From an uncultured Bdellovibrionales bacterium (lineage in GTDB: Bacteria > Bdellovibrionota > Bdellovibrionia > Bdellovibrionales > UBA1609), in the NCBI GenBank assembly GCA_938002015.1, contig CALLAU010000020.1:54700-118699 (forward strand): a stretch of DNA of 64,000 nt. The letters are read 5' to 3'. Numbering within the stretch: the first letter of the stretch is position 1; every line of letters starts with the position of its first letter. The position numbers and the translations under genes are program-made. Below the pieces are notes generated by a model. That model saw nothing but the letters and a program-made list of their open reading frames with translations, did no database searches and was not told the origin of the DNA. Positions 1-8,814 of the stretch are shown here, piece by piece.

Positions 1-54
1 ATTATATAGGTTTTAAGGAAGCTTCCTTATTAAATAATACCGATTAAAGTCTTG

Positions 55-1173
55 ATGAAATCGTTTAAGAAATTAATAGTAGTTCTTACCTTAAGCCTTA
101 CTCTTGGCTGTGGTGGTGGAAGCGTAAGCGTGCAGCCATCTCAAAATACCTTTGATTTATCTGAGCAGGTAAATGATAAAATTGATATTTTATGGGTGGT
201 GGACTGCTCTATTAGTATGCAAGATGAAATTCAAAACGTAAGAGATAACATCAGTGATTTTATTTCTGATTTTGTAAATTTAGGTTATGACTATAGAATT
301 GGTGTTATCACCACAACGGCTTGGTCTTATTATGCCTACCTTGATGATACAAGCTTAACAAACCTTCCAAAATTTAATCTTCTTCATGTTGGAGAGGCGA
401 CAAGTTCAGATTCAACTAATGGAGGACTTCTACCAAAATTTATTGATTCAAGTAATCCAGACCCAATTGGAAACTTTGATACAAACTTTAATGTAGCAGC
501 TGCGAATCATTGTGGAGATTATAATTCTGGTGGACAAAATGTAGCTGAATACATTGGTGATGAAAGAGAAATGCAATCATTAAAGGCCTTTTTAGAGCAT
601 AGCCCAGATGCTGCAGGATTTTTAAGAGATGATGCTTTCTTTGCTACAATCTTAATTACTGATGAAAGAGATGCTTCTCGTGATTATCTTGTGCCTGATT
701 ATGCAAATGGTAACAACGATCCTGGTGGAGCTGTTTATCATGATCCGGCGGATTATTTAAATTACCTTACAAACTATTTTGGTAATTCTGATGAGTATAG
801 AACATATGCAATTACAAAAATGACAGGGAGTCATTTTCTAAATATCAACCATAAGTTTGCAACAGACTCTGGTGGTTTTGTAGTAGATATTGATGATAGT
901 GATTACAGTGATGAGCTTTCACAAATTACGACAAATATTATTGAAGTTGCCTCACAGTTTGATCTAGCTGAACTTCCTAAAATTGAAACTCTTCAAGTCT
1001 CCTACACTTATAATGATGGAAGTGAAGATGTTACAGTAAATGTTCCTATAGATGAGACTGAAACAGATGGCTATAAGTACTTTGGCTCAGGAAATTATAT
1101 TGCTTTTTTTGGAAGTTACAGACCTCCAGCAAATTCTCAAGTTTCTATTAAGTATGATCCAATAAGTCTATAA
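55..1173 (+). CDS. Secreted VWA-domain lipoprotein
   Basis: ORF track 52..1173 (TTG at 52, ATG at 55). The hydrophobic N-terminus ends in lipobox LTLGC. A MIDAS-like DxSxS motif (VVDCSISM) and a later ILITDERD are typical of von Willebrand A domains. Motif recognition only. Confidence 0.7.
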   Translation: MKSFKKLIVVLTLSLTLGCGGGSVSVQPSQNTFDLSEQVNDKIDILWVVDCSISMQDEIQNVRDNISDFISDFVNLGYDYRIGVITTTAWSYYAYLDDTSLTNLPKFNLLHVGEATSSDSTNGGLLPKFIDSSNPDPIGNFDTNFNVAAANHCGDYNSGGQNVAEYIGDEREMQSLKAFLEHSPDAAGFLRDDAFFATILITDERDASRDYLVPDYANGNNDPGGAVYHDPADYLNYLTNYFGNSDEYRTYAITKMTGSHFLNINHKFATDSGGFVVDIDDSDYSDELSQITTNIIEVASQFDLAELPKIETLQVSYTYNDGSEDVTVNVPIDETETDGYKYFGSGNYIAFFGSYRPPANSQVSIKYDPISL

Positions 1174-1200
1174 AAAAACTCTCTACTTTTTAGATCTTTT

Positions 1201-1704
1201 TTACTCACCAATGAGATCTAATGAACACTGAAAGCTGTGCTCATTAATAAAAATATACCCTCTAGAGTTACGAGTGTAGGCACTAAACTTAAGCTCATCT
1301 TCTTTGTTGGTCATGTTTTGGTACTCACTTTGCTCTAATCTTAAGGCTAAAGTGTCACTGCTTTTTTTTTCTGTATTCCTAAACTCAAGCTCATTTAAGT
1401 CAGGTGAGGTGTTTGTGCTTGTTACGCCTTTATCAGCACTAAACCAAATAGTCCCATTTTCTGCACTCCAATGAGCGCTACGAATGCTTGGTTGCTCATC
1501 TTCTATATTGAGGCTTATTTCTAAAGTGCTTGAGCCATACTCTTTATCATCTTGGCAGACATAGTCTGTAGACTCTTTGGCGTGACTTAATGAAAAGCTA
1601 ATAAATAAACTAAAAATTACAGAAAAAACACTTAGGTGAGACACAGTAAAAACTCCTTTTTTAAATAAACAATATAAAAATGAATGTTGGCTTAGGGTTA
1701 GCAT
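1201..1704 (-). CDS. Hypothetical exported protein
   Basis: 167-aa ORF with a signal-like hydrophobic segment (VFSVIFSLFISFSLSHA). No recognisable domain. An A9 run lies in the coding strand (T9 at 1362-1370 on +). Confidence 0.5.
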   Translation of the reverse strand: MLTLSQHSFLYCLFKKGVFTVSHLSVFSVIFSLFISFSLSHAKESTDYVCQDDKEYGSSTLEISLNIEDEQPSIRSAHWSAENGTIWFSADKGVTSTNTSPDLNELEFRNTEKKSSDTLALRLEQSEYQNMTNKEDELKFSAYTRNSRGYIFINEHSFQCSLDLIGE

Positions 1705-1872
1705 AGATATGCTTATATTTTAAACATATCTGTAATGTCGTGAAAATTATTCAAGCAGGCTAAGACTGTCCGAAAGATGAATGACTTGTAGCCTCTAGAG
1801 CCCACAGGTTTGACCCTGCGAAGTTTTTTTAAATGCATACTTAGTTTAGTCAGTTTTACGGGGAGGTAGAAG

Positions 1873-2004
1873 ATGTCTAAATTTAATTTTTTTAAAAAAT
1901 CACTTAAAATTCCTTATAGGATTTTAAATGTAGGGGAGGAGCAGGCTTTTTTGTTTTTTGAGGTTGGGGGTGAGGTTTTTTATGTCTCTTCAAGTCTTAG
2001 TTAA
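1873..2004 (+). CDS. Possible 43-aa small protein (MSKFNFFKKSLKIPYRILNVGEEQAFLFFEVGGEVFYVSSSLS)
   Basis: Hand-translated and absent from the ORF track because it is under 60 aa. A GGAGG at 1862-1866 lies 6 nt upstream of the ATG at 1873, in an otherwise unassigned 290-nt gap. Its 3' end overlaps the convergent gene by 8 nt. No homology recognised. Confidence 0.25.
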   Translation: MSKFNFFKKSLKIPYRILNVGEEQAFLFFEVGGEVFYVSSSLS

Positions 2005-2545
2005 TTTGAGCACAAAGATTAAGTTCATCAAAGTTGTACTTTAAGGACTCAAGATAGGAGATTTGGCAACCATCTCTTGCTTCAACACATATGCCGCTTT
2101 CTAGGTTAATCATCTGAAGGTATTGTTGAGAGCATATAAGCTCTTCACTAAGCTCATAACCAAGATCTGAGGCTGTTTTTGCTGTGAGTGTATCAGGGTT
2201 AAAGTTTGTATCTAATATAGCTTCTGAGCAGCTGTCTTCACCTGCTTCAAAGCCTTTCTCTTTAAGTAGGCTAAGTTCACAGTCATTTGTTGCTTCAAAG
2301 CAAAGATGAGAGTTCTTGCTATAGAGAAGGGTGTTTTGAGTTAATTTATTACAGCTAGCTTGCGTGCTAAAGCCAAGTGTTTGAGAAGATGTAAGAAGTA
2401 GTGGAGGAAGTTTTATAGAGTTTATACTGCTTTTAGAGGTCATTTGACTGTCTTGGCCTATAAGCTCAGAGCAGTTTTGAAAAAAGAGCAGCAGAGCTGG
2501 TAATAAAATTATAGAAACAAAGGTAAAGTTTGATGTCTTATTCAT
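1997..2545 (-). CDS. Hypothetical Cys-rich lipoprotein
   Basis: 182-aa ORF. The N-terminal hydrophobic stretch ends in LFFQNC (lipobox-like). Ten further Cys residues are scattered through it. No known domain recognised. Confidence 0.55.
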   Translation of the reverse strand: MNKTSNFTFVSIILLPALLLFFQNCSELIGQDSQMTSKSSINSIKLPPLLLTSSQTLGFSTQASCNKLTQNTLLYSKNSHLCFEATNDCELSLLKEKGFEAGEDSCSEAILDTNFNPDTLTAKTASDLGYELSEELICSQQYLQMINLESGICVEARDGCQISYLESLKYNFDELNLCAQIN

Positions 2546-2596
2546 TAATAAGTGTATCGGAAAGGTACATAAGGAACTTTAGTCCTGAAGAGAGGT

Positions 2597-3850
2597 TTAA
2601 TCATCAACAGGCTCTGAATTTTGATGAATTTGAAAAGGAACCCTTGCTGAGATGAGGCCAAAGACTAAAGAGGCCACTAAAAGAGAGACTAGAGCTGGTG
2701 TGGATGAGTTTGATTCAGCAAATTTAGAGCTTGATCTATAAAGTAGAATAAAAGCAAAAAGCCCAGGAACTAAAGAAATAATACCTGGCACAGAATAGAT
2801 TTGGCTTGGGACTTTAAAAAACCTAGAGAAACTTAAGGATATAAAGCCAATGATGAAGCTTGCAATAAATGAAGAGATGTAGACTCCGCTACTTAGGCTT
2901 AAAAAGTAAAAAGCACTCCAGCCACTTATTCCTGCAAAAGCAGCTATAGCAATAGACCGAACTGGAATATAGCACGTTATTGAAAAACAAGTGATGAGTA
3001 TAAATATAGATATAAGCTGTTTTATAAAAGGAAGTTTTGCTCCTTCCGAGATATTCATACTTAATTCGGATCCAAGCATAAGTTCTAAGATCTCCTGAGC
3101 AATAACTGAAGAGGCTCCAAGGGCTATAAGTATAATGATAGCCTTGGCCATTTTTACAGTACCTGAAGTAAAATTATGCTCTGCTAGTTCTGAAACTGCA
3201 TTAGTTATTCTAAAGCCAGGTAAAAGTAATATAACAGCTCCAATAAGAACTTGTTCAATAGGGAAGTTATAAAAGTGAGAGAGAAGGCCAATGCCTATTG
3301 TTGTTAAGGTGAGGCTAAAGAAAATAATGTAGATTCTTGTAAAATTAAACTTATGAAAGAATGGAGAGATTACGCCGGTTATAAAAAGAGAAAAAGCGCC
3401 GGCAAAACTTGCGTATTTAAAATTTCCAAATTTTGAGAAGCTTGAAAAAAAACCCACTAAAAAAGCACTTAAGTAGAGAACGCTTATGGGATATATAGGT
3501 TTAGAGTCATTTATTTCATCTAAAAGTCTTTTTGCCTCTTTTGCGCTAATCTCTTTTTCAATAGCTTGATTTATCAGGGTATTTAGATCTTTAAGTTTAC
3601 TTAGATTAATCTGATCCTCTTGAACCCTTCTCATGGAAGTGATTGATTCTCCATCAGTATCTTGAAGAGAGAGGATAACAGCTGAAGGGGTAGAGAAAAT
3701 TTGAACATCAAGGTTATAAACAGAGCCTAACTCTGAAATTTTTCTTTCAAGCCTTGATGTCGAGCCTCCAACTTCAATAAAACTTGCAGCATAATCCAAA
3801 CAAAGATTTAAGAATAAATTGAGGCGGCTTCTTTCTTTAGCGGTTATCAT
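2597..3850 (-). CDS. Threonine/serine exporter family membrane protein (ThrE-like, fused DUF1212+DUF3815 architecture)
   Basis: 417 aa. The soluble N-terminal part (CLDYAASFIEVGGSTSRLERKISELG) matches the ThrE/YjjP family, followed by about 9 hydrophobic helices. Confidence 0.8.
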   Translation of the reverse strand: MITAKERSRLNLFLNLCLDYAASFIEVGGSTSRLERKISELGSVYNLDVQIFSTPSAVILSLQDTDGESITSMRRVQEDQINLSKLKDLNTLINQAIEKEISAKEAKRLLDEINDSKPIYPISVLYLSAFLVGFFSSFSKFGNFKYASFAGAFSLFITGVISPFFHKFNFTRIYIIFFSLTLTTIGIGLLSHFYNFPIEQVLIGAVILLLPGFRITNAVSELAEHNFTSGTVKMAKAIIILIALGASSVIAQEILELMLGSELSMNISEGAKLPFIKQLISIFILITCFSITCYIPVRSIAIAAFAGISGWSAFYFLSLSSGVYISSFIASFIIGFISLSFSRFFKVPSQIYSVPGIISLVPGLFAFILLYRSSSKFAESNSSTPALVSLLVASLVFGLISARVPFQIHQNSEPVDD

Positions 3851-4440
3851 TGTCCTTCTTTTCTAAATTCTAAAAAGAAAGTGTACTCCTTATGTTCATT
3901 ACGATCTAGTTTTTTTCTTTTTGTGTAAATTTTTGAAAGCAGGTCGGGTGTTTCAAATGAATAGCGGTGAGCTTTTCCATTAAGTTCTATATCAAGTCTT
4001 TTTATGCCGTCTTCATGATTGAGGTAGACTTTGTAATTGTTATTTTGGCCAGCCTCTGTTTCAACAATTTGATCTACTTGAAAAATTGAGATCAGTTCAG
4101 CCTCTGAAACAAGGTCAACTCTAGCATTGCTGTCAAAATATGGAGTGTGCTTCTTAAACTCACTTCCTGGAAGTTCAAGATCATCTTCAGCGTCTTTAAA
4201 GTATTTATAACATTGCACTTTACTTGAGGGAAAGTTCTTACAAGTATAGCGCTTTTCTTTTAAAGCAATTATTTTTTCACGGTTTGCACTTGATCTGGTG
4301 TCAAAAAGAAGGACGTGTTTTAGGTTGTATAAGTTAGCTGAATGTAGGCTGTATTTGCCACTTGGAACTTTAAAATGCTCAGCAATTGCTATAAAGGAAA
4401 ATGATACTAATAAAGAAAGTAAAAACAGTTTAAGTCTCAT
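3847..4440 (-). CDS. Hypothetical exported protein
   Basis: 197-aa ORF with a signal peptide (MRLKLFLLSLLVSFSFIAIA). Its stop overlaps the start of the ThrE-like gene by 4 nt, suggesting an operon. Confidence 0.6.
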   Translation of the reverse strand: MRLKLFLLSLLVSFSFIAIAEHFKVPSGKYSLHSANLYNLKHVLLFDTRSSANREKIIALKEKRYTCKNFPSSKVQCYKYFKDAEDDLELPGSEFKKHTPYFDSNARVDLVSEAELISIFQVDQIVETEAGQNNNYKVYLNHEDGIKRLDIELNGKAHRYSFETPDLLSKIYTKRKKLDRNEHKEYTFFLEFRKEGQ

Positions 4441-4624
4441 ATATGCCTCCTAAAAACATGATTTTTATTTTATTACGCCTTTCTCTAAGAGTTAAACTTA
4501 AGCTAGACCTAAAACCTGCAGATTCTGCTTAATAAGGGGGCGCGGCATGTTTTATAGGCTTTTAAAATCTGCATTTTTAGTTTAAAAAAGGTTAAAAATT
4601 ATTAAAACCGTAAGGAGAGTTTAT

Positions 4625-7261
4625 ATGCGCGCCATTAAGTTGTTTGCATTAGTTTCGTTAACTTTATCAGTCCTAAGTTGTACTCAAAAGGAAGTAGTAA
4701 GAGAAAATAAAAAAGGTCTTTATCAAAAAGATGCAAGCTTTAGATCAGAAAATATAAGAGAGGTGTCGTATAATTTTAGTATTAACCTTTCAAAGGCTAA
4801 TGAAAGTGAAACATACAGCGGTGTTTCAACAATAGGTTTTGAGCTTGTTAAGCCGATTAATCTTAGTGTTGATTTTGTAAAAGGATCTGTTGAAGCGGTA
4901 ATTGTTAATAAACAAGAAGTTAAAGACTTTACTAAAAACGATAACTTTATCCTTATTCCTAAAAAACATATGAAAAAAGGAAAGAATACGGTTGCTGTAA
5001 GTTTTACGAAAGAGTTTAGTAAAACAGGCTCTGGGCTTTATAGGTTTAAAGATGAAACTGATAACAAAGTTTATGTTTATACTGACTTTGAGCCATATGA
5101 TGCAAATGAGTTTGCGCCTTTGTTTGACCAACCAGATCTAAAGGCTAAATACACTCTTAATGTGGTTACTCCAGATGACTGGAAGGTTATAAGCTCTGTC
5201 CAAGAAAATAAAAAAGCTATTTTAGAAAATGGTGTTCACTGGTTTTTTCCTGAATCAGCTAAGTTTTCAACTTATATATTTCCTCTGCACGCTGGTCCTT
5301 ATAAAGTTTGGAGAAAGAGTGCTGAAGTTAATGGAAGAACTATTCCTATGGGGCTTTTTGCAAGACAATCACTTGCAAAGTTTGTAAAGCCTGAGTTTTG
5401 GTTTAAAATCACTGAAAGCGGTTTTAAGTATTTTGAAAATTATTTTTCAACGCCTTATCCGTATACTAAATATGATCAAGTTATTGTTCCAGACTTTAAC
5501 TCTGGTGCTATGGAGAATGTAGCAGCAGTGACTTTTAATGAAAGAACTGTTTCAAGAGATGCAAAACCTCTTAGAGCTCAAAGACATGGCTTAGCAAATG
5601 TTATTATGCATGAGATGGCGCATATGTGGTTTGGTAACCTAGTGACTATGAGCTGGTGGAATGATTTATGGCTTAATGAGAGTTTTGCAACTTTTATGGC
5701 AAACTCTGCTACACATGAAGCGACTGAGTTTAAAGAAGCATGGCTTATGTTTTTTAATAGAACTAAGCAGTGGGCGTACTCAACTGATCAGTGGAGAACA
5801 ACTCACCCAATAGAGGCTGACATTGATAGTACTGAAGTGGCGTTAACAAACTTTGATGGTATCACATACGGAAAAGGTGCTTCGTCTTTAAAACAATTGG
5901 TGTTCTTAATAGGGGTTGAGAACTTTAAAAAAGGTCTTGCAAGTTATTTTAAGAAGTTTGCCGAGAAGAATACAAAACTCACTGACTTTATGGGAGAGCT
6001 ACAAAAAAATACCAAAGAAAACCTTTCAGGCTGGACCACTGCATGGCTTCAAAAAGAAGGCCTTAATAGTGTTAAAGCTGTTCCTGTATGTAAAGAAGGA
6101 AAACTTAAGAGAATTGATTTTAATCAAGGTTTTGTAAGTGGACTAGACGTACTTAGGCCGCACAAGACAAGAGTAGCCATCTGGACAAAATCAAATGTTG
6201 TAGAAGCTCCAGATAAAGAATTTAACTTTAAGTATGATAAAAAAGTAAGTTCTTGGAAGCCTGAAAAAGAAATGAATTGTCCAAGTGCTGTTTTTCCTAA
6301 CTGGGATGATCATGATTATGTGAAAGTTGTTTTAGACGAAAAATCACTTAAATCTTTTTCAAAGGATCTAGGTAAGATAAGTAATCCACTTTTAAGGTCT
6401 CAGGTTTGGGCTTCGTTATGGTCAATGGTTAGAATGGCTGAGTTAAAGCCTGAAAAAATGCATGAAATAATTGTAAGCCAATTAAATGATGAGAAAGATA
6501 GTACAGTTTTAAATAGCGTTACTGGTCAAATCTCTGGCGGAGGTTCTTATCAAAGACTTTATTATTATTACACTGATAAGGAGCAAGCAAAAAAAGATAG
6601 GAATGAGGTGGCTTCTTTCTTTAAAAATCATATAGCAAAAACTGATGATACTGATTTAAAGAAAATACTATTTGGAAGCTGGATCACGATGTCTACAGAT
6701 AAGGATTTAGCTTCGGTGAAATCATGTCTTACTAAGTGTGATTTTGATCTAGGTTTTGAAATTGACCAGGATAGAAGGTGGTGGCTTATTACTAAACTTG
6801 CCGTATATAGAAGCCAAGCTTTTGAGAAATCTCTTAAAGAAGAGCTTAAAAGAGATAAGAGTAGACGAGCGGAACTATCAGCTCTTTCATCAAGAGTTCT
6901 TTATTCAAAAGATAAGAAACAATGGTTAGATAAGATTTTTTCAAAAGATGAAAAATTAGCGTTAAAAGAAAAGAACGCTATTCTTGGTGGAATTGTTCCT
7001 AGCACTCAAAGAGAAGGGTATTTAGATTTTATTGATGAATCCTTTAATGAGTATTCAAAAAAGATTGATGAGCTTCCAGCAAGGCTTCAAAGGTCTTTTG
7101 CCTACACTTTTTCTCCTTATTATTGTGGTTCAATAAAGCCTAAGGAGAGTTTAAGTGAAAAAGAAATCAGGGACTCAAAATGGTCTCCAGGTGTAAAAAA
7201 AGCACTTCTTCAAAGACTTGATGTTGAAGAAAGGTGTTTAAAAATTAAAAAAGGTGCTTAA
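4625..7261 (+). CDS. pepN: M1-family aminopeptidase N, lipoprotein form
   Basis: GAMEN exopeptidase motif (SGAMENVAAVTF) and zincin HEMAH-x18-E (HEMAHMWFGNLVTMSWWNDLWLNESFA). Lipobox LSVLSC at the N-terminus. AGGAG lies upstream of the ATG. Confidence 0.9.
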   Translation: MRAIKLFALVSLTLSVLSCTQKEVVRENKKGLYQKDASFRSENIREVSYNFSINLSKANESETYSGVSTIGFELVKPINLSVDFVKGSVEAVIVNKQEVKDFTKNDNFILIPKKHMKKGKNTVAVSFTKEFSKTGSGLYRFKDETDNKVYVYTDFEPYDANEFAPLFDQPDLKAKYTLNVVTPDDWKVISSVQENKKAILENGVHWFFPESAKFSTYIFPLHAGPYKVWRKSAEVNGRTIPMGLFARQSLAKFVKPEFWFKITESGFKYFENYFSTPYPYTKYDQVIVPDFNSGAMENVAAVTFNERTVSRDAKPLRAQRHGLANVIMHEMAHMWFGNLVTMSWWNDLWLNESFATFMANSATHEATEFKEAWLMFFNRTKQWAYSTDQWRTTHPIEADIDSTEVALTNFDGITYGKGASSLKQLVFLIGVENFKKGLASYFKKFAEKNTKLTDFMGELQKNTKENLSGWTTAWLQKEGLNSVKAVPVCKEGKLKRIDFNQGFVSGLDVLRPHKTRVAIWTKSNVVEAPDKEFNFKYDKKVSSWKPEKEMNCPSAVFPNWDDHDYVKVVLDEKSLKSFSKDLGKISNPLLRSQVWASLWSMVRMAELKPEKMHEIIVSQLNDEKDSTVLNSVTGQISGGGSYQRLYYYYTDKEQAKKDRNEVASFFKNHIAKTDDTDLKKILFGSWITMSTDKDLASVKSCLTKCDFDLGFEIDQDRRWWLITKLAVYRSQAFEKSLKEELKRDKSRRAELSALSSRVLYSKDKKQWLDKIFSKDEKLALKEKNAILGGIVPSTQREGYLDFIDESFNEYSKKIDELPARLQRSFAYTFSPYYCGSIKPKESLSEKEIRDSKWSPGVKKALLQRLDVEERCLKIKKGA

Positions 7262-7288
7262 AATAGAGCTTTAATTTTAAAAGTAAGG

Positions 7289-7315
7289 AAGCGTGTGTAA
7301 TTATTTAACACGCTT
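7289..7315. terminator. Hairpin between convergent pepN and kinase genes (bidirectional terminator candidate)
   Basis: AAGCGTGT (7289-7296) pairs with ACACGCTT (7308-7315), an 8-bp perfect stem followed by a T-rich run. It overlaps the last codons of the kinase gene. Confidence 0.5.
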
Positions 7316-8479
7316 TCTTTTTCTTCTAATGACTCTTCTTTTGCGTGGCCTCTCACTACTTCTAACTTGAGAGTTAATTGGAATAGGGGCGCTTAAGGTT
7401 GAAACTTGAGTTCGATCTTCGGAAGTTTCTTCTTTGTTTTTATCAGTATCTAAAACCTTAATCTTAGAAAAATCTACAAGCTTACTTGATGTAGCCTCTA
7501 TATCATTTTGAAATAAACTTTTTATTTCTTCTGCAAAATTTTGTTCTAAAAAAGCAGGATATGTTTGATGGAAAAATATTGTTAAGTCTTTTAAAAACTC
7601 TCCCATTGATTGGTATCTTTCATCAATAGATTTAGTAAGAGCTTTGGATGTTATTTCCTTAAGTCGTTGAGGGATATTTTCAGGAAGTTCAGGGATCTCT
7701 GCAGCCTGTGCTTTTTCAAGTGTTTTAATTTCACTAATACACTTATAAAGCCTTTTTCCTGATAGAAGCTCCCATAAAACTATCCCTAAGCAAAACACAT
7801 CAGTTCTTAAATCAACTTTAGCACCGATGGCTTGCTCAGGAGCCATGTAAGTAAACTTACCCTTAAGCTCACCAGTTTTGGTTGCTTCAAGTTCATGAAA
7901 GGTTGATTTTGTTGCTTCATCATCTTGAGGTTCTTGTATACGTGTTACTTCAGGTAGCTCATCTGATCCAGACTTTGCAATACCAAAATCGATTACCTTT
8001 ACCTCTCCTTCAAAACTAACCATGATGTTTTGCGGACTAATATCTCTATGAACTATATTTAAAAGCTCACCACTAGATTTTTCAGTTGAGCGGTGAGCGC
8101 AGTCTAAACCTTTTGCTGCTTCTATAATCACATAAAGTGAATGTTCAATACTAAGCTTAGAATCTGGAGATTGCTTGATGAGTTGTCTAAGGTTTTTACC
8201 CGCGACATGTTCCATGGCGATATAGAGCTGGCTCCCATCGATACCAAAATCAAATATCTGAGCAATGTTGCTGTGAGAGAGATTTACGTTTAACTTAGCT
8301 TCTTCAACAAACATTTCAATAAAGTTTGGATCTGAAGAGTATTTAGGAAGTATCCTCTTTATAACAACGAATTTCTCTACACCTCTGCTTCCAGATGTCT
8401 TGGCTAAAAAAATTTCAGCCATTCCACCAACAGCTAGTTTTTCTAATAAGAGGTACTTTCCAAATTTTTCAACAGACAT
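7301..8479 (-). CDS. Hanks-type serine/threonine protein kinase
   Basis: G-loop LAVGGMAEIF, VIK lysine, HRDISPQNIMV, DFGIAK and YMAPEQ are all present. The activation segment is long and the C-terminus is polybasic (RPRKRRVIRRKRKRVK). No signal peptide or TM segment. Confidence 0.9.
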   Translation of the reverse strand: MSVEKFGKYLLLEKLAVGGMAEIFLAKTSGSRGVEKFVVIKRILPKYSSDPNFIEMFVEEAKLNVNLSHSNIAQIFDFGIDGSQLYIAMEHVAGKNLRQLIKQSPDSKLSIEHSLYVIIEAAKGLDCAHRSTEKSSGELLNIVHRDISPQNIMVSFEGEVKVIDFGIAKSGSDELPEVTRIQEPQDDEATKSTFHELEATKTGELKGKFTYMAPEQAIGAKVDLRTDVFCLGIVLWELLSGKRLYKCISEIKTLEKAQAAEIPELPENIPQRLKEITSKALTKSIDERYQSMGEFLKDLTIFFHQTYPAFLEQNFAEEIKSLFQNDIEATSSKLVDFSKIKVLDTDKNKEETSEDRTQVSTLSAPIPINSQVRSSERPRKRRVIRRKRKRVK

Positions 8480-8814
8480 TACATTGTACTGTCGGGATTT
8501 AAGCCCAGTAATTTTAAATTAAGTTTAGTTGTATCAGTTTAAGACAGTGCTAAAAAATAGTGAGCTGTATAAAGTTACTAAGACCAATAAAGTCATAGAC
8601 TTTAATTTAATAAATTAATTAGCATAAGATAAAATTTTTTTAGAAGATTATTTTGATTGAATTTTAAATTTAGAAACTTGTAAAAAAAACGTCCAGTGTT
8701 TAATTTATGGAACACTTATATCGTATCAAAACAAGATTAGTCTGTGTTTTAAGTAATTTGAGTGTTGTGTGCACCGATATTAAATACATGAAATTACTTT
8801 CATAAAGGTACGTA

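Noticed and set aside
1362-1370. An A9/T9 homopolymer inside CDS 1201..1704 (and a similar A9 at about 20440-20448), considered as potential phase-variation tracts.
   Set aside because: Runs of 9 A/T encoding Lys-Lys are expected by chance in DNA this AT-rich. No evidence of length heterogeneity can be obtained from a single sequence.
4826-6137. Track ORFs 4826..5131(-) and 5916..6137(+) lie inside the aminopeptidase N gene.
   Set aside because: They are fully nested in or antisense to a CDS with unambiguous family motifs. Their translations are Lys/Phe/Ile/Asn-rich, as expected for off-frame reading of AT-rich DNA, and no SD is present.
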